Assembly: GCA_040755995.1 (NCBI GenBank)
Contig: JBFMAF010000049.1
Coordinates: 128,001-192,000 of the forward strand
From: Acidobacteriota bacterium
GTDB lineage: Bacteria > Acidobacteriota > CAIWXX01
DNA: 64,000 nt
Direction of reading: 5' to 3'
Below the pieces are notes generated by a model. That model made no database searches. It saw only the letters and a program-made list of their open reading frames with translations, and was not told where the DNA came from. Below, piece by piece: positions 9,907 to 19,939 of this stretch. The position numbers and the translations under genes were made by a program. Positions within the stretch are counted from its first letter, which is position 1. Every line of letters begins with the position of its first letter.

Positions 9907-9968
9907 GACGATCTGCCCGAGCAGATCGAGAGAGACAACAGAGAGCAAACAGCGGAGCGACATGAGGA

Positions 9969-11807
9969 ATGGCACACATTATTGGAATCGACCTGGGCAC
10001 TACCAATAGCTGCGTTGCGTATCTGGAGGGATCTGAAGCGCATGTCATCCCGAACCAGGAGGGCGCGCGCACGACGCCGTCCATCGTGGCGTTCACCGAC
10101 AAGGGCGAAAGACTTGTCGGGCAGCTCGCCAAGCGCCAGACAATCATCAACCCGAGGAACACTCTTTACGCCGTCAAGCGTCTGATCGGGCGCCGATTCG
10201 AATCGCCCGAGATCGAGCAGGCCAGGACGAGGCTGCCGTACGAGCTGGCCAGCGCCCCCAACGGAGACGTGCGGATCAAGGCGGGTGGGAAGGAGTGGGC
10301 TCCGCCGGAGATCTCCGCCATCGTCCTGCAAAAACTCCGTGACGCGGCCGAGGCGTTTCTGCACGAGAAGGTCGAAGAGGCCATCATAACCTGCCCGGCC
10401 TACTTCAACGACAGCCAGCGCTCGGCCACGCGCGACGCAGGCGTGATCGCCGGCCTGAACGTGCTGCGCATCATAAACGAGCCGACCGCGGCCTCACTGG
10501 CGTACGGCCAGAATCGGAAGCAGGCAGAGGTCATCGCGGTGTTCGACCTTGGCGGCGGCACCTTCGATATCTCAGTTCTCGAGATGCAGGACGGCGCCTT
10601 CAAGGTGCTCGCCACCGCCGGAGACACGTATCTGGGCGGGGAGGACTTCGACCAGCGCATAATGGACTTCCTCATCGAGGAGTTCAAACAGACCACCAAT
10701 ATCGACATCAAGAACGACAAGATGGCGCTGCAGAGGGTGAAGGAGGCCGCGGAGAAGGCGAAGTGCGAGCTCTCGACCTCGATCGAAACCGAGGTCAACC
10801 TGCCCTTCATCTCCGGCGACCGCACCGGCCCCAAGCATCTCGTCAGCAAGCTCAGCCGCTCCAAGATCGAGCAGCTCTGCGAAGGGCTGCTTGACAGGAC
10901 GCGCGGCCCGTGCGAGCAGGCTCTGACCGATGCAAAGATCGCCCGCGACCAGGTGAACGCCGTGCTGCTTGTCGGCGGCCAGACCCGCATGCCGCGCGTT
11001 CAGCATGTCGTCGAGAAGATCTTCGGCAAAATCCCGAACAGCTCCATCAACCCCGACGAGGTCGTCGCCATAGGCGCCGCCATACAGGGCAGCATCATCA
11101 AGGGAGACGTGAAGGACCTCATCCTGATGGACGTCACCCCACTGTCGCTCGGGATCGAGACCAAGGGAGGTACCTTCACCAAGATCATCGAACGCAACAC
11201 ATCGATCCCCACCAGCAAGACCATGACTTTCACCACCGTGCAGGACAATCAGAAGATGGTGCGGGTACACGTGCTGCAGGGCGAGCGGGATCTGGCCGAG
11301 CTGAACAAGTCCCTCGGCGTTTTCATGTTGACCGGAATCCCCGATGCCACCGCCGGGACGCCCCACATCGACGTAAGCTTCTCTATCGACGCTAACGGCA
11401 TCGTGGACGTCGGCGCCATCGACCGCGCATCGGGCAACAAGCAGGAGGTCCAGATCACGGCCAGCAGCGGTCTCACCGAGAGCGAGATCCAGCGCATGAT
11501 CGAGTCCGCGAAGCAGTACTCCGAAGAGGACAAGGCGCGCAAGGAGCAGATCAAGCACCAGACGCGCCTCGAGAGCCTGATCGCCTCGGTGCAGGCTTCC
11601 TTCAACGCAATCCAGGAGAAGCTCAAGTCCGAGGACAAGCAGACCTTCGAGGCTGCGATGGAGGAGGCGCGCAAGGCTCTGGAGAAGAGCGAGTTGGAAG
11701 ATCTCAAGATCGCATACGGCCACCTGGATCTGGCATCCAGGAGCGTCACGAAGACTCTGCTGGAGGCCTACGGCGCCACGCCGAAGTCGGAGGACAAGAA
11801 GGCCTAG
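9969..11807 (+). CDS. dnaK: molecular chaperone DnaK (Hsp70)
   Basis: IGIDLGTTNS, PAYFNDSQR, IINEPTAA, DLGGGTFD, DVTPLSLGIE. Confidence 0.97.
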   Translation: MAHIIGIDLGTTNSCVAYLEGSEAHVIPNQEGARTTPSIVAFTDKGERLVGQLAKRQTIINPRNTLYAVKRLIGRRFESPEIEQARTRLPYELASAPNGDVRIKAGGKEWAPPEISAIVLQKLRDAAEAFLHEKVEEAIITCPAYFNDSQRSATRDAGVIAGLNVLRIINEPTAASLAYGQNRKQAEVIAVFDLGGGTFDISVLEMQDGAFKVLATAGDTYLGGEDFDQRIMDFLIEEFKQTTNIDIKNDKMALQRVKEAAEKAKCELSTSIETEVNLPFISGDRTGPKHLVSKLSRSKIEQLCEGLLDRTRGPCEQALTDAKIARDQVNAVLLVGGQTRMPRVQHVVEKIFGKIPNSSINPDEVVAIGAAIQGSIIKGDVKDLILMDVTPLSLGIETKGGTFTKIIERNTSIPTSKTMTFTTVQDNQKMVRVHVLQGERDLAELNKSLGVFMLTGIPDATAGTPHIDVSFSIDANGIVDVGAIDRASGNKQEVQITASSGLTESEIQRMIESAKQYSEEDKARKEQIKHQTRLESLIASVQASFNAIQEKLKSEDKQTFEAAMEEARKALEKSELEDLKIAYGHLDLASRSVTKTLLEAYGATPKSEDKKA

Positions 11808-11935
11808 CGCAGCCATTCGATGCGGCGGGGCCCCATACCATCCGGCGCGCGGCCGAGCAGCGACATCTTGGGTGCCGGACTGACGGACCCTGATGAGCGC
11901 GGCCCGAAACCAGGAACGAGGGAGCAAAACAGCAG

Positions 11936-13048
11936 GTGAACAAACGAGACTACTACGAGGTCCTCGGCGTGGCGAGGAACGCCGGCGAACAGGATGTCAA
12001 GAGCGCTTATAGAAAGCTCGCGGTCAAGTACCATCCGGACAAGAACCCCGGCGACAAGGAGGCCGAGGAGCGGTTCAAGGAGGCAGCCGAGGCCTACAGC
12101 GTGCTCGGCGACCCGGAGAAGCGCAAGATGTACGACGCATACGGGCACCATGGCCCCATGGTCGGAGGCTTCAGCGGGTTCGATCCATCCGTGTTCACCG
12201 GCTTCGAAGACATCCTCGGAGACTTCTTCGGCTTCGGCTTCGGCGACGTCTTCGGCGGCAGGAAGCGGCGCCGAGCGTCGGCCCAGCGGGGACAGGACCT
12301 GCGGTACGACCTCGAGATCACCTTCGAGCAGGCTGCCTCCGGACTCGAGACCAAGGTCAAGATCCCCAGGCTGGAGACCTGCGAGGCGTGCCGGGGCAGC
12401 GGCGCCGCGAGCGGCAGCAGAGTGCAGTGCCCGACATGCCACGGTCACGGTCAACTCCGCATGCAGCAAGGCTTCTTCACCATCAGCCGCACATGCTCCC
12501 ACTGCAACGGCGAAGGGCGCATCGTGAAGGATCCGTGCAAGGAATGCAGAGGCCGGGGGAGAATCTCTCGCGAGAAGCCCCTCACACTCAAGATCCCAGC
12601 CGGTGTGGACAACGGCAGCCGCCTGAGACTGCTGGGCGAGGGTGAGGCTGGTCCGGATGGAGGGCCTCGCGGCGACCTCTACGTGTTTCTCCACGTGCGC
12701 GAGCACGAGTTCTTCAAGCGCGAAGACACCAACATCTACTGCAACATCCCCATCAGCTTCACCCAGGCGGCCCTCGGCGCCACCATCAACGTGCCAACCC
12801 TGCACGGAGATGAGGCGCTCAAGATCCCGGACGGGACGCAGAGCGGAACCGTGTTCCGTTTGGAGGGGAAAGGAGTGCCGAGCCTCGATGGATACGGCCG
12901 CGGCGATCAGTACGTGACCGTCAACGTGGTAGTGCCGCGAAGATTGACGAGGGAGCAGAAGAAGCTGCTCCAGGAATTCGCACGGCTCGCCGAGGAACAG
13001 GGGGATGAGAAGAACGTGTTCGAGAAGGTCAAAGATATCTTCGGATGA
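11936..13048 (+). CDS. dnaJ: molecular chaperone DnaJ
   Basis: J-domain HPD, G/F-rich region, four CxxCxGxG repeats; GTG start. Confidence 0.97.
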   Translation: MNKRDYYEVLGVARNAGEQDVKSAYRKLAVKYHPDKNPGDKEAEERFKEAAEAYSVLGDPEKRKMYDAYGHHGPMVGGFSGFDPSVFTGFEDILGDFFGFGFGDVFGGRKRRRASAQRGQDLRYDLEITFEQAASGLETKVKIPRLETCEACRGSGAASGSRVQCPTCHGHGQLRMQQGFFTISRTCSHCNGEGRIVKDPCKECRGRGRISREKPLTLKIPAGVDNGSRLRLLGEGEAGPDGGPRGDLYVFLHVREHEFFKREDTNIYCNIPISFTQAALGATINVPTLHGDEALKIPDGTQSGTVFRLEGKGVPSLDGYGRGDQYVTVNVVVPRRLTREQKKLLQEFARLAEEQGDEKNVFEKVKDIFG

Positions 13049-13057
13049 TCCCCGCGC

Positions 13058-14716
13058 TCACGGCACCAGCGACGCCTCCGGCGCGTCGAGTACCGGCGGC
13101 GTGAGACGGTAGAGCCTGAACTGATCGTCCAGCGCCTCGTGCAGCTCCGGCCGGTACCGCGCGAAAAAAGACCGCAGCTGCTCGGGAGGAACTCCGCTGC
13201 GCCCCCACAACTCCCGCATCAGGCCGTCATCCTCGAGAACGTCGGAGAACACGAACACGGCGCCGCCGGCCGCCCAACAACTGTCGAATCGCGCCGCCAG
13301 CCTGCGAAGCGCCTCCGCCGGCGCCACCGACTGATCGCGGAACGCGAAGTCCAGTATCAATCCGCGGCGCGCCGCGAAGTACGGGAGGTAGACCTTCTGC
13401 GCTATGTTGGCCCCTCCCCCCATCTGCACGACCAGATCCTCGGGATTCGTGTGGTCGCGCACAAACGCGGACTTACGGTAGTCCTCGTTCGTCTCGATCT
13501 TCGAATACGGACGTATCGCCGCCAGCAGGTTTGTGAACGCCAGCAGAATCGCGAGGAAGGCAACGGCCGCGGCGGAAACACGCTGACCGCCTAACGTAGA
13601 AAACGCCAGCGCACATAGAACGAGTAATGGCACCAGTTGAAATCCGATGAACTTCAGGTTGCCGACGTTCATCGACGAGAAGAAGATGAAGGACGACATG
13701 AGCCAACCGACGGCGATGAACACCGCCCATCGATGCCGCCTCCACATCGCGCGCGCCCGCGCAAGGGCCACGGCGATCATCGCAAGGAATGCGCTTCGGA
13801 TGGCCCACACAACCGCGACCATGCCCACGGATCTCTCCTCCGGATCTGCCGCCACGCCCCGCAGCAAACCCATCAGCTCGAGGTCCGGCCGAAATCCACT
13901 TCCCATGAACCACCGGTGGCCACCCCAGGCCTTCTGATAGACGGCCCGTTCGAGCAGTTCCGCAAGACCAGTGACGACCCCCGAACCGAAGACGCCATGA
14001 TAGAGCAGCACGTAGGGCGCAAGCGATACCACCGCGAAAACGGCGACGAAAACGCCGCAGTGCGCTGCGCACCGCGTCCATGGTTGTCGCGGCGCCCGGT
14101 CAAGAATCAGAGCCATCACGATGAATGGAACGATCAGTATGCTGGTCACATGGAAGCCGAAGGCGACGCCGGCGAAAACCGCGGCCATGACCGCCGCCCA
14201 ACTGCTGCCCGTGTGGAGCGCCCTGAGGGCCGAGCCGAAGGTCAACAACAAGAACAGGATCGCCGGCGGATAGACTTCGGGATCCGTGCTGTAGTACCAG
14301 ACTGCGAATGTGACGCCGAGAAACAGCATGAAGGCCACGGACACGCCGGTGTTCCTGGTCCTGTCCCTGAGCAGCCTCGCGAAGAGGCAGAGGTAGAGTG
14401 ACGTGGTGGCGGCGTTGAGCAGCTGCATAACCATAAGAGCGTCGGGGGTCCAGCCGAGGGCCTTCAGAATCCGCAGCACCCCGTACGCCAACGGCATATA
14501 GAGGATGTGGTACTCGTTCCATAGGCTCACGAAGTCGCCGTACACGGCATGATGGACCAGGCCGGCGAACGCTACCGCGTCGAACGAGTAGCGCGCCGTG
14601 ATCCAGGCCAGGTGCGCGGCGAGGACGGCTGCCACAGCCACCAGCATGAGCGATGCGTCCGAGAGCAGCGGAGCATGCCGAACCTGCCGGCCTGTTGCGT
14701 CCACAACGGTGCTCAT
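13058..14716 (-). CDS. multi-pass membrane protein, probable GT-C glycosyltransferase (DUF2723/PMT-like)
   Basis: About 10-12 hydrophobic helices; SFDAVAF, YHILY, WYYSTDPEVY resemble GT-C loops; soluble C-terminal domain. Confidence 0.65.
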   Translation of the reverse strand: MSTVVDATGRQVRHAPLLSDASLMLVAVAAVLAAHLAWITARYSFDAVAFAGLVHHAVYGDFVSLWNEYHILYMPLAYGVLRILKALGWTPDALMVMQLLNAATTSLYLCLFARLLRDRTRNTGVSVAFMLFLGVTFAVWYYSTDPEVYPPAILFLLLTFGSALRALHTGSSWAAVMAAVFAGVAFGFHVTSILIVPFIVMALILDRAPRQPWTRCAAHCGVFVAVFAVVSLAPYVLLYHGVFGSGVVTGLAELLERAVYQKAWGGHRWFMGSGFRPDLELMGLLRGVAADPEERSVGMVAVVWAIRSAFLAMIAVALARARAMWRRHRWAVFIAVGWLMSSFIFFSSMNVGNLKFIGFQLVPLLVLCALAFSTLGGQRVSAAAVAFLAILLAFTNLLAAIRPYSKIETNEDYRKSAFVRDHTNPEDLVVQMGGGANIAQKVYLPYFAARRGLILDFAFRDQSVAPAEALRRLAARFDSCWAAGGAVFVFSDVLEDDGLMRELWGRSGVPPEQLRSFFARYRPELHEALDDQFRLYRLTPPVLDAPEASLVP

Positions 14717-14971
14717 ACCCAGAGTGCGTCATGATGGCAGAAGTGGCTTTTCAAAAGCAAGGGAGGGTGAACGAACGAATTCACGCGGGAAGCGGAGACA
14801 CGGATGCACGGAGACGCGGAGGGGAGGCCCTGGTTGTGGCCTGCGAATCGTACCGGCACCGGTTCGCGATCCCTCCTTCTCGGGTACGCGAACGGGTACG
14901 AGTGCGGGCACGCGTTGGTGGGTTAGTGTCCTCGCCCCAAGTCCGTTCCGCGCCGGCATGTTTTTTTTGGA

Positions 14972-15000
14972 TTGACAACGATCCGCCGAGAAGCTAAATT
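14972..15000 (+). promoter_or_regulatory. putative sigma70 promoter
   Basis: TTGACA-17nt-TAAATT, 33 nt before ATG 15034. Confidence 0.6.
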
Positions 15001-15033
15001 CTCTCGTCATCTTTTTGCTGAGGAGTCGGGCAT

Positions 15034-15816
15034 ATGAGGAACATCGCAAGTTCGCTGATGGTGTTGTTGGTCGCTGTTCTCTGCGCGCAACCGATGAGCG
15101 CGATGGAGATCAGCGCGGAAGAGGCGTCGTTGTATCAGCAGGCGGGGGCCGAGCAGGATCCGGCCAAGAAGGTGGCGCTGATAGAGTCCTACATCCAGAA
15201 GTTCCCGGAAGGGAAGTGGAGGACTGAGCTGGTCTACAGCGCGGCGCTGGCATGCGATCAGCTCAAGCAGCCGGACAAGGTGATTAGTTTCGGCGAAGAG
15301 GTGCTGAAGGCGGACCCCAGCAATATCAACATCCTGCTGATCCTGGCGAACACCTACTCGGCCAGGCCGGATGGGAAGGACAAGTCGCTCGCGTATTCCG
15401 CTCGATGCGTAGCGGCCATAGACAAGAAGGCTCTCGACCCGCCGCCGGCGGATGTTCCGGAAGATCAGTACAAGGCCGAGCTGGACAAGCTCAAGAAGAG
15501 CGCCCAGTTCACGCATGACTACGTGGCCGGGTGGCGCGCAATGGAGTTGAAGGACTACGCAGCCGCGGAGCAGCCGCTCAAGTCCGCGTACTCGATCAAG
15601 AGGAACGCCAAACTCGCCCTGTGGCTGGGGGTCGCTTACGAGAAGAACGGCAAGATCGACGACGCGATCTCCACACTTGCCGAGGCGCTGGTGCTGCTGA
15701 ACGGCGCGCAGAAGGACCAGGTGCAGAAGAAGCTGGAGCAGCTCTACCAGCAGAAGCACGGGTCGCTCGACGGCCTCCAGAAGATCATCGATGACGCGCG
15801 CGGGCGGATCGGTTGA
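15034..15816 (+). CDS. exported TPR-repeat protein
   Basis: Sec-type signal peptide; helical repeats such as LWLGVAYEKNGKIDDAISTLAEAL. Confidence 0.8.
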   Translation: MRNIASSLMVLLVAVLCAQPMSAMEISAEEASLYQQAGAEQDPAKKVALIESYIQKFPEGKWRTELVYSAALACDQLKQPDKVISFGEEVLKADPSNINILLILANTYSARPDGKDKSLAYSARCVAAIDKKALDPPPADVPEDQYKAELDKLKKSAQFTHDYVAGWRAMELKDYAAAEQPLKSAYSIKRNAKLALWLGVAYEKNGKIDDAISTLAEALVLLNGAQKDQVQKKLEQLYQQKHGSLDGLQKIIDDARGRIG

Positions 15817-15890
15817 GGCGTAGGACAGCACTCGGCCCGGACGCAGTAGTCATTCGACCTCACGGGCGGGCGCGCGCATTACGCAAGACC

Positions 15891-16053
15891 GCTTGAGGCG
15901 AAAGAGCGTGGTGCGATTGGGTCAGGTCCTGGGAGCGGTGCGTCATCGTCATACGGGAGCTGCCTACTCTCCACTCTCTACTCTCCACTCTCCACGCGAC
16001 ACGCGGCCGAAGCAGCCTCGCATGCTTCATCGGTCCGAGGCCGCGCCTCGCTA
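15891..16053. repeat. dispersed intergenic element, copy A (5' module + ACTCTCC heptamers + GC hairpin)
   Basis: Aligns by eye with 41939-42085 over its whole length, and partly with 16834-16906 and 36371-36417. Confidence 0.8.
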
Positions 16054-16055
16054 GG

Positions 16056-16823
16056 GTGTCCGTGGCCGTCCTGGAGGCGAAGGATCTCGTCAAGATCTAC
16101 GGCCGCCGGGCCGTGGTGGATCGAGTCAGCGTTTCGGTCACAACCGGCGAGATCGTGGGGATTCTCGGGCGCAACGGCGCCGGGAAGACCACCACCTTCT
16201 CGATCATAGCCGGCCAGCTCAAGCCCGACGCGGGCTCGGTCGTCCTCGACGGTGTCGATCTCACTGATCTGCCGTCCCACCGGCGCGCCCTGATGGGCAT
16301 CTCCTATCTACCGCAGGAGCGATCCACCTTCCGCAAGCTCACGGTCGAACAGAATCTGCTGATAGTGCTGGAGGAGCGCGGGCTGAGCCGCGCCGATCGA
16401 GGGAAGCGTGTGGATGAGCTGCTCGATGAGCTCGGAATGCGGCACCTGCGCAAGGCCCGCGCGTACACGCTGTCAGGGGGCGAGAGCCGCAAGCTCGAGG
16501 TGCTCCGGGCGATGGTGCTGGAGCCCAAGTTCCTGATGTTGGACGAGCCGTTCGCTGGCATCGAGCCGATCACGATCGCCGAGATCCAGCAGATCGCGGT
16601 TCATCTGCGAGCGAAGGGCATCGGCGTCATTATCTCGGATCACAACGTACACGACCTCTTCGAGGTGTGCGACCGGGCGTATATCGTGGCTGAGGGCAAG
16701 ATCCTGATCGTCGGAAAGCCGCTCGACGTCGCCTCGAATCCTCTCGCGCGAACGGCCTTTCTGGGCGAGGAATTCCAGCTCCCGGAGAAGATCATCCGCG
16801 AGCTGCGCGGCAAAGGCGCGTAA
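16056..16823 (+). CDS. lptB: LPS export ABC transporter ATP-binding protein
   Basis: GRNGAGKTT, YLPQE, LSGGE, LDEPFAG, SDHNV and C-terminal FLGEEF, all typical of LptB. Confidence 0.88.
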   Translation: MSVAVLEAKDLVKIYGRRAVVDRVSVSVTTGEIVGILGRNGAGKTTTFSIIAGQLKPDAGSVVLDGVDLTDLPSHRRALMGISYLPQERSTFRKLTVEQNLLIVLEERGLSRADRGKRVDELLDELGMRHLRKARAYTLSGGESRKLEVLRAMVLEPKFLMLDEPFAGIEPITIAEIQQIAVHLRAKGIGVIISDHNVHDLFEVCDRAYIVAEGKILIVGKPLDVASNPLARTAFLGEEFQLPEKIIRELRGKGA

Positions 16824-16833
16824 CGTGCACGCC

Positions 16834-16906
16834 CACACTCCGCTCTCTGCGTGAGGCGCGGTCGGAGCGGTATCGCATGCTTCGTCGGCCCGAGGCCGCG
16901 CTTCGC
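16834..16906. repeat. dispersed intergenic element, copy B (3' hairpin module)
   Basis: GAGGCGCGGTC...TCGCATGCTTCGTCGGCCCGAGGCCGCGCTTCGC matches the 3' end of copies A and C. Confidence 0.75.
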
Positions 16907-16941
16907 CATCGCCAAGGGGTGCCAAGGTGCCAAGGGGTGGC

Positions 16942-16971
16942 TTGACTCGGCGCCTGCCTTCCACATAGAGT
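16942..16971 (+). promoter_or_regulatory. putative sigma70 promoter, possibly leaderless
   Basis: TTGACT-18nt-TAGAGT ending 6 nt before ATG 16978; no SD visible. Confidence 0.45.
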
Positions 16972-16977
16972 GTCCGC

Positions 16978-18369
16978 ATGTCAAAGAAAAGAGTCCATTG
17001 GGGAGGGTTTCTCTGCGCGGCGATCGTAGGTGCCGCGCTGATCAGCATTCCGTTGAATGAACGCGCGGGCGAAAGCGGAAAGGACAAGCGGGTCTGGAGT
17101 GGCCGGTCGTACGCTGACCGGACGCTGGTGGAATCGAGTCCCTCTGCTTCGTTGGCAGCTGCGGGATTCGACTCGGAGAGGGTCTGGAGCGGCTATGACG
17201 ACTGGGAGCCGGCGGTGGCTGCCGATCCGAGCTCCTCCTACGTCTATCAGCTTACCACGCGCTACGATGGCCCTGCGCCGTGCTCTGGCTGTCCGCTTCC
17301 GGTCATCGTTTTCCGGAGATCGAGCGACTCGGGTGCCACCTGGAACGCGGACCAGTTCCTCGTGCGAAGCAAGAAGAAGCAGAATGACCCGGAAATCGAA
17401 GTCGCTACGGACGGGACGATCTATGCCGCCTGGCTTGACGACTACACGCCCGGCGTGAAATTCCTCAAGTCGGCCAATCGCGGTGCTACGTGGACTACGC
17501 CGATCGCGTTTACTGGGAAGGGAAAGAAGCCCAACTGGTCCGACAGACCCATCCTCGCAATCTCCCCGAATGGACAGCATGTCTATGTTGCCTTCAACGC
17601 GAGCAACAGTTACGTGGTGGCTTCACACGACTATGGGCAGACCTTTTCCTCGCCCGTCAAGACCAACAACGACGCCCGATACTGGTTCCACACGGGCGGT
17701 GCAGTCACGGCCAGCGGCGTCGCCTATTTTGCCGCCGTGGATTTCAGCCAGGACTACACGGCAGATGCCTACATCAATGTCCTGAAGACAACCAATGGCG
17801 GGACATCGTGGACTACCACCAGGGTCGACACATCCCGAGAGATGCCGGGATGCGACTGGTCGCCTGGCTGCGGGCTCGGATTCTTTGGCCCGTCGGCGGC
17901 CCTGGCTGTCGATACGGCGGGGAAGATAGTGCTTGCTTACAACGCAGGTGAAACGGCCGGTTCTCCGCAGAAGATGTTCGTGCGAAGTTCCACGAATGGA
18001 ACCGCCTGGACAGCGCGGCAGGAAGTGTCGAACGGCTCGTTCACCGTGAACAATGCTTTTCCGGCTCTCGCGAGGGGCCCCGTTGCCGGCGACTTCCGAT
18101 TGGCCTGGCAGGATGACCGCAACGATCCGACCAGGGCGTGGAACACCTGGTACCGTCGCAGCACTGATGGAGGCGCGACCTGGAGCGCTGAGGTGCGCCT
18201 TTCGGATCTGGGATCGGGCGCGCCATACAAGGCTGCTCTCGGCTACTCCTTCCCGTACGGAGACTACTTCGACATGGCCGTGGATGCGAGCGGCAGAAAC
18301 CACATGGCATGGGGCGAAGGGGAGAGCTACACGGGACCAGGCGGAACATGGTACACGAGAGGCCAGTGA
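16978..18369 (+). CDS. exported BNR/Asp-box (sialidase-like beta-propeller) protein
   Basis: Signal peptide and six Asp-box-like repeats: SSDSGATW, SANRGATW, SHDYGQTF, TTNGGTSW, SSTNGTAW, STDGGATW. Confidence 0.85.
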   Translation: MSKKRVHWGGFLCAAIVGAALISIPLNERAGESGKDKRVWSGRSYADRTLVESSPSASLAAAGFDSERVWSGYDDWEPAVAADPSSSYVYQLTTRYDGPAPCSGCPLPVIVFRRSSDSGATWNADQFLVRSKKKQNDPEIEVATDGTIYAAWLDDYTPGVKFLKSANRGATWTTPIAFTGKGKKPNWSDRPILAISPNGQHVYVAFNASNSYVVASHDYGQTFSSPVKTNNDARYWFHTGGAVTASGVAYFAAVDFSQDYTADAYINVLKTTNGGTSWTTTRVDTSREMPGCDWSPGCGLGFFGPSAALAVDTAGKIVLAYNAGETAGSPQKMFVRSSTNGTAWTARQEVSNGSFTVNNAFPALARGPVAGDFRLAWQDDRNDPTRAWNTWYRRSTDGGATWSAEVRLSDLGSGAPYKAALGYSFPYGDYFDMAVDASGRNHMAWGEGESYTGPGGTWYTRGQ

Positions 18370-18398
18370 TCGCCTGAGACGCTGTGCCTTCGCCGGAA

Positions 18399-19565
18399 AT
18401 GGCCTACAAGTACGTCGTAGTCGGAGCAGGCCGGCAGGGCACTGCCGCGGCCTACGACATGGGCCGATGGGGCGAGGCTTCGCGGATTCTCCTTGCCGAC
18501 TGCGACATCGAGACGGCACGCCGTGCCGCCGATCGCGTCAATGCGCAGCTCGGCCTGGCCGTCGCCGAGCCGGCTCAGGTCGACGTCACCGACCTCCAGT
18601 CAGTCGAGCGATTGTTGGAAGGCGCGAACACACTTCTCAGCGCGGTGCCGTACTACTACAACCTGGAGCTCACGCGTGCGGCCATACGCGCCAGAGCCCA
18701 CATGTGCGATCTCGGCGGCAACACCGAGATCGTTCGCCGGCAGCACGCGTCGGATGCCGAGGCGCGCAGCGCCGGGCTAAGCATCATTCCTGACTGCGGG
18801 CAGATCCCGGGCATGGGCACCACCTTGATGGTATATGCCATCGACCTGCTGGATGAAGCCACTGACGTGTACATGTGGGATGGAGGACTCCCCCAAGTCC
18901 CTCGGTCTCCTTTCAACTACCTGGCCACATTCCATATCGCGGGACTTACCAACGAATACGCCGAACCGGCCGTCTTCATCCGAGACGGCAGGGTGATGCG
19001 AGTGGAGCCGATGACGGAACTGGAGACTGTCGAGTTCCCCCCGCCGATCGGCACTTTGGAGGCCTTCGTCACGGGCGGCGGCACGAGCACGATGCCATGG
19101 ACCTTCGAGGGCCGCCTGCGCACGCTGCAGAATCTGACCCTGCGCTATCCGGGTCACTTCGCGCAACTGCGCGCCTTCTATGATCTGGGCCTGTGGGACC
19201 TGAAGCCGGTCCGGGTCGACGATCATGATGTGATTCCGCGGCACGTGTTCCACACGCTGTACGAGCCCAAGGTGACCTTCCCAGACGACGAAGATCTGGT
19301 CATCGTGCGCGTGAAGGCCGTGGGAAAGCAGAACGGCCGCCCGGCCGAGGCGATGGTCGAGTTGATAGACCGTTTCGATGAAGAGACCGGCTTCACGGCC
19401 ATGGAACGCACGACTGGCTGGAGCGCCGCGATCGTGGCCGAGATGATGTCCCGCGGCCAGACACCACGCGGCGCTGGCGGCGTCGAGAGCTTCGTCCCTG
19501 CGAAGGCGTTCGTAGAAGAACTGCGCCGTCGCGGTTTCAACCTGAGCGAACGAGTGATTTCCTAG
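18399..19565 (+). CDS. saccharopine dehydrogenase family / lysine 6-dehydrogenase-like oxidoreductase
   Basis: VVGAGRQG, DLGG, PDCGQIPG, GLTNEY, LEAFVTGGG, TLRYPGH, AMERTTG. Confidence 0.88.
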   Translation: MAYKYVVVGAGRQGTAAAYDMGRWGEASRILLADCDIETARRAADRVNAQLGLAVAEPAQVDVTDLQSVERLLEGANTLLSAVPYYYNLELTRAAIRARAHMCDLGGNTEIVRRQHASDAEARSAGLSIIPDCGQIPGMGTTLMVYAIDLLDEATDVYMWDGGLPQVPRSPFNYLATFHIAGLTNEYAEPAVFIRDGRVMRVEPMTELETVEFPPPIGTLEAFVTGGGTSTMPWTFEGRLRTLQNLTLRYPGHFAQLRAFYDLGLWDLKPVRVDDHDVIPRHVFHTLYEPKVTFPDDEDLVIVRVKAVGKQNGRPAEAMVELIDRFDEETGFTAMERTTGWSAAIVAEMMSRGQTPRGAGGVESFVPAKAFVEELRRRGFNLSERVIS

Positions 19566-19791
19566 CGAGGCGGCCGCCGTTCCTGCGGCAGGCAGCGGAC
19601 CGTCACCTCAGGCCGAAGGCCGCGCTATACAGCGCGACATGAGTCGTGCCGTATGGCGTATCTGAACGCCACACGGGAGGGTGCCGCTCCTGCGGCGCCT
19701 ACGCCAACGACAGGCCACCAACGTCGTCGAGGAGGCATCAGTACTACCAACGGGGTTCGCGATAGCCGCCGAATCGGAATCGCCGTCGCGT

Positions 19792-19820
19792 TTGACATTA
19801 TCATAGTCGGCTGGTATGGT
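19792..19820 (+). promoter_or_regulatory. putative sigma70 promoter of the N2O-respiration operon
   Basis: TTGACA-17nt-TATGGT with an extended TG motif. Confidence 0.6.
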
Positions 19821-19863
19821 ACGCGCGGCAATGGGGACCAAGACCAGAATCCTCTCCCGTTGA

Positions 19864-19880
19864 TTGGTACGGCATTTGCC
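19864..19880 (+). promoter_or_regulatory. putative sigma54 (-24/-12) promoter of the N2O-respiration operon
   Basis: TTGGTACGGCATTTGCC has exact GG-N10-GC spacing and closely matches YTGGCACGRNNNTTGCW. Confidence 0.65.
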
Positions 19881-19939
19881 TGTTGTCGGATCGCGATCGG
19901 CTGTGCGTCATCACCACGGTCTCGTCGCTGAGATCGATC

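Noticed and set aside
19792..19805. FNR/DNR box upstream of the nos operon (TTGAC-ATT-ATCAT)
   Set aside because: Half-site spacing is 3 rather than 4, and the sequence is better explained as a -35 element.
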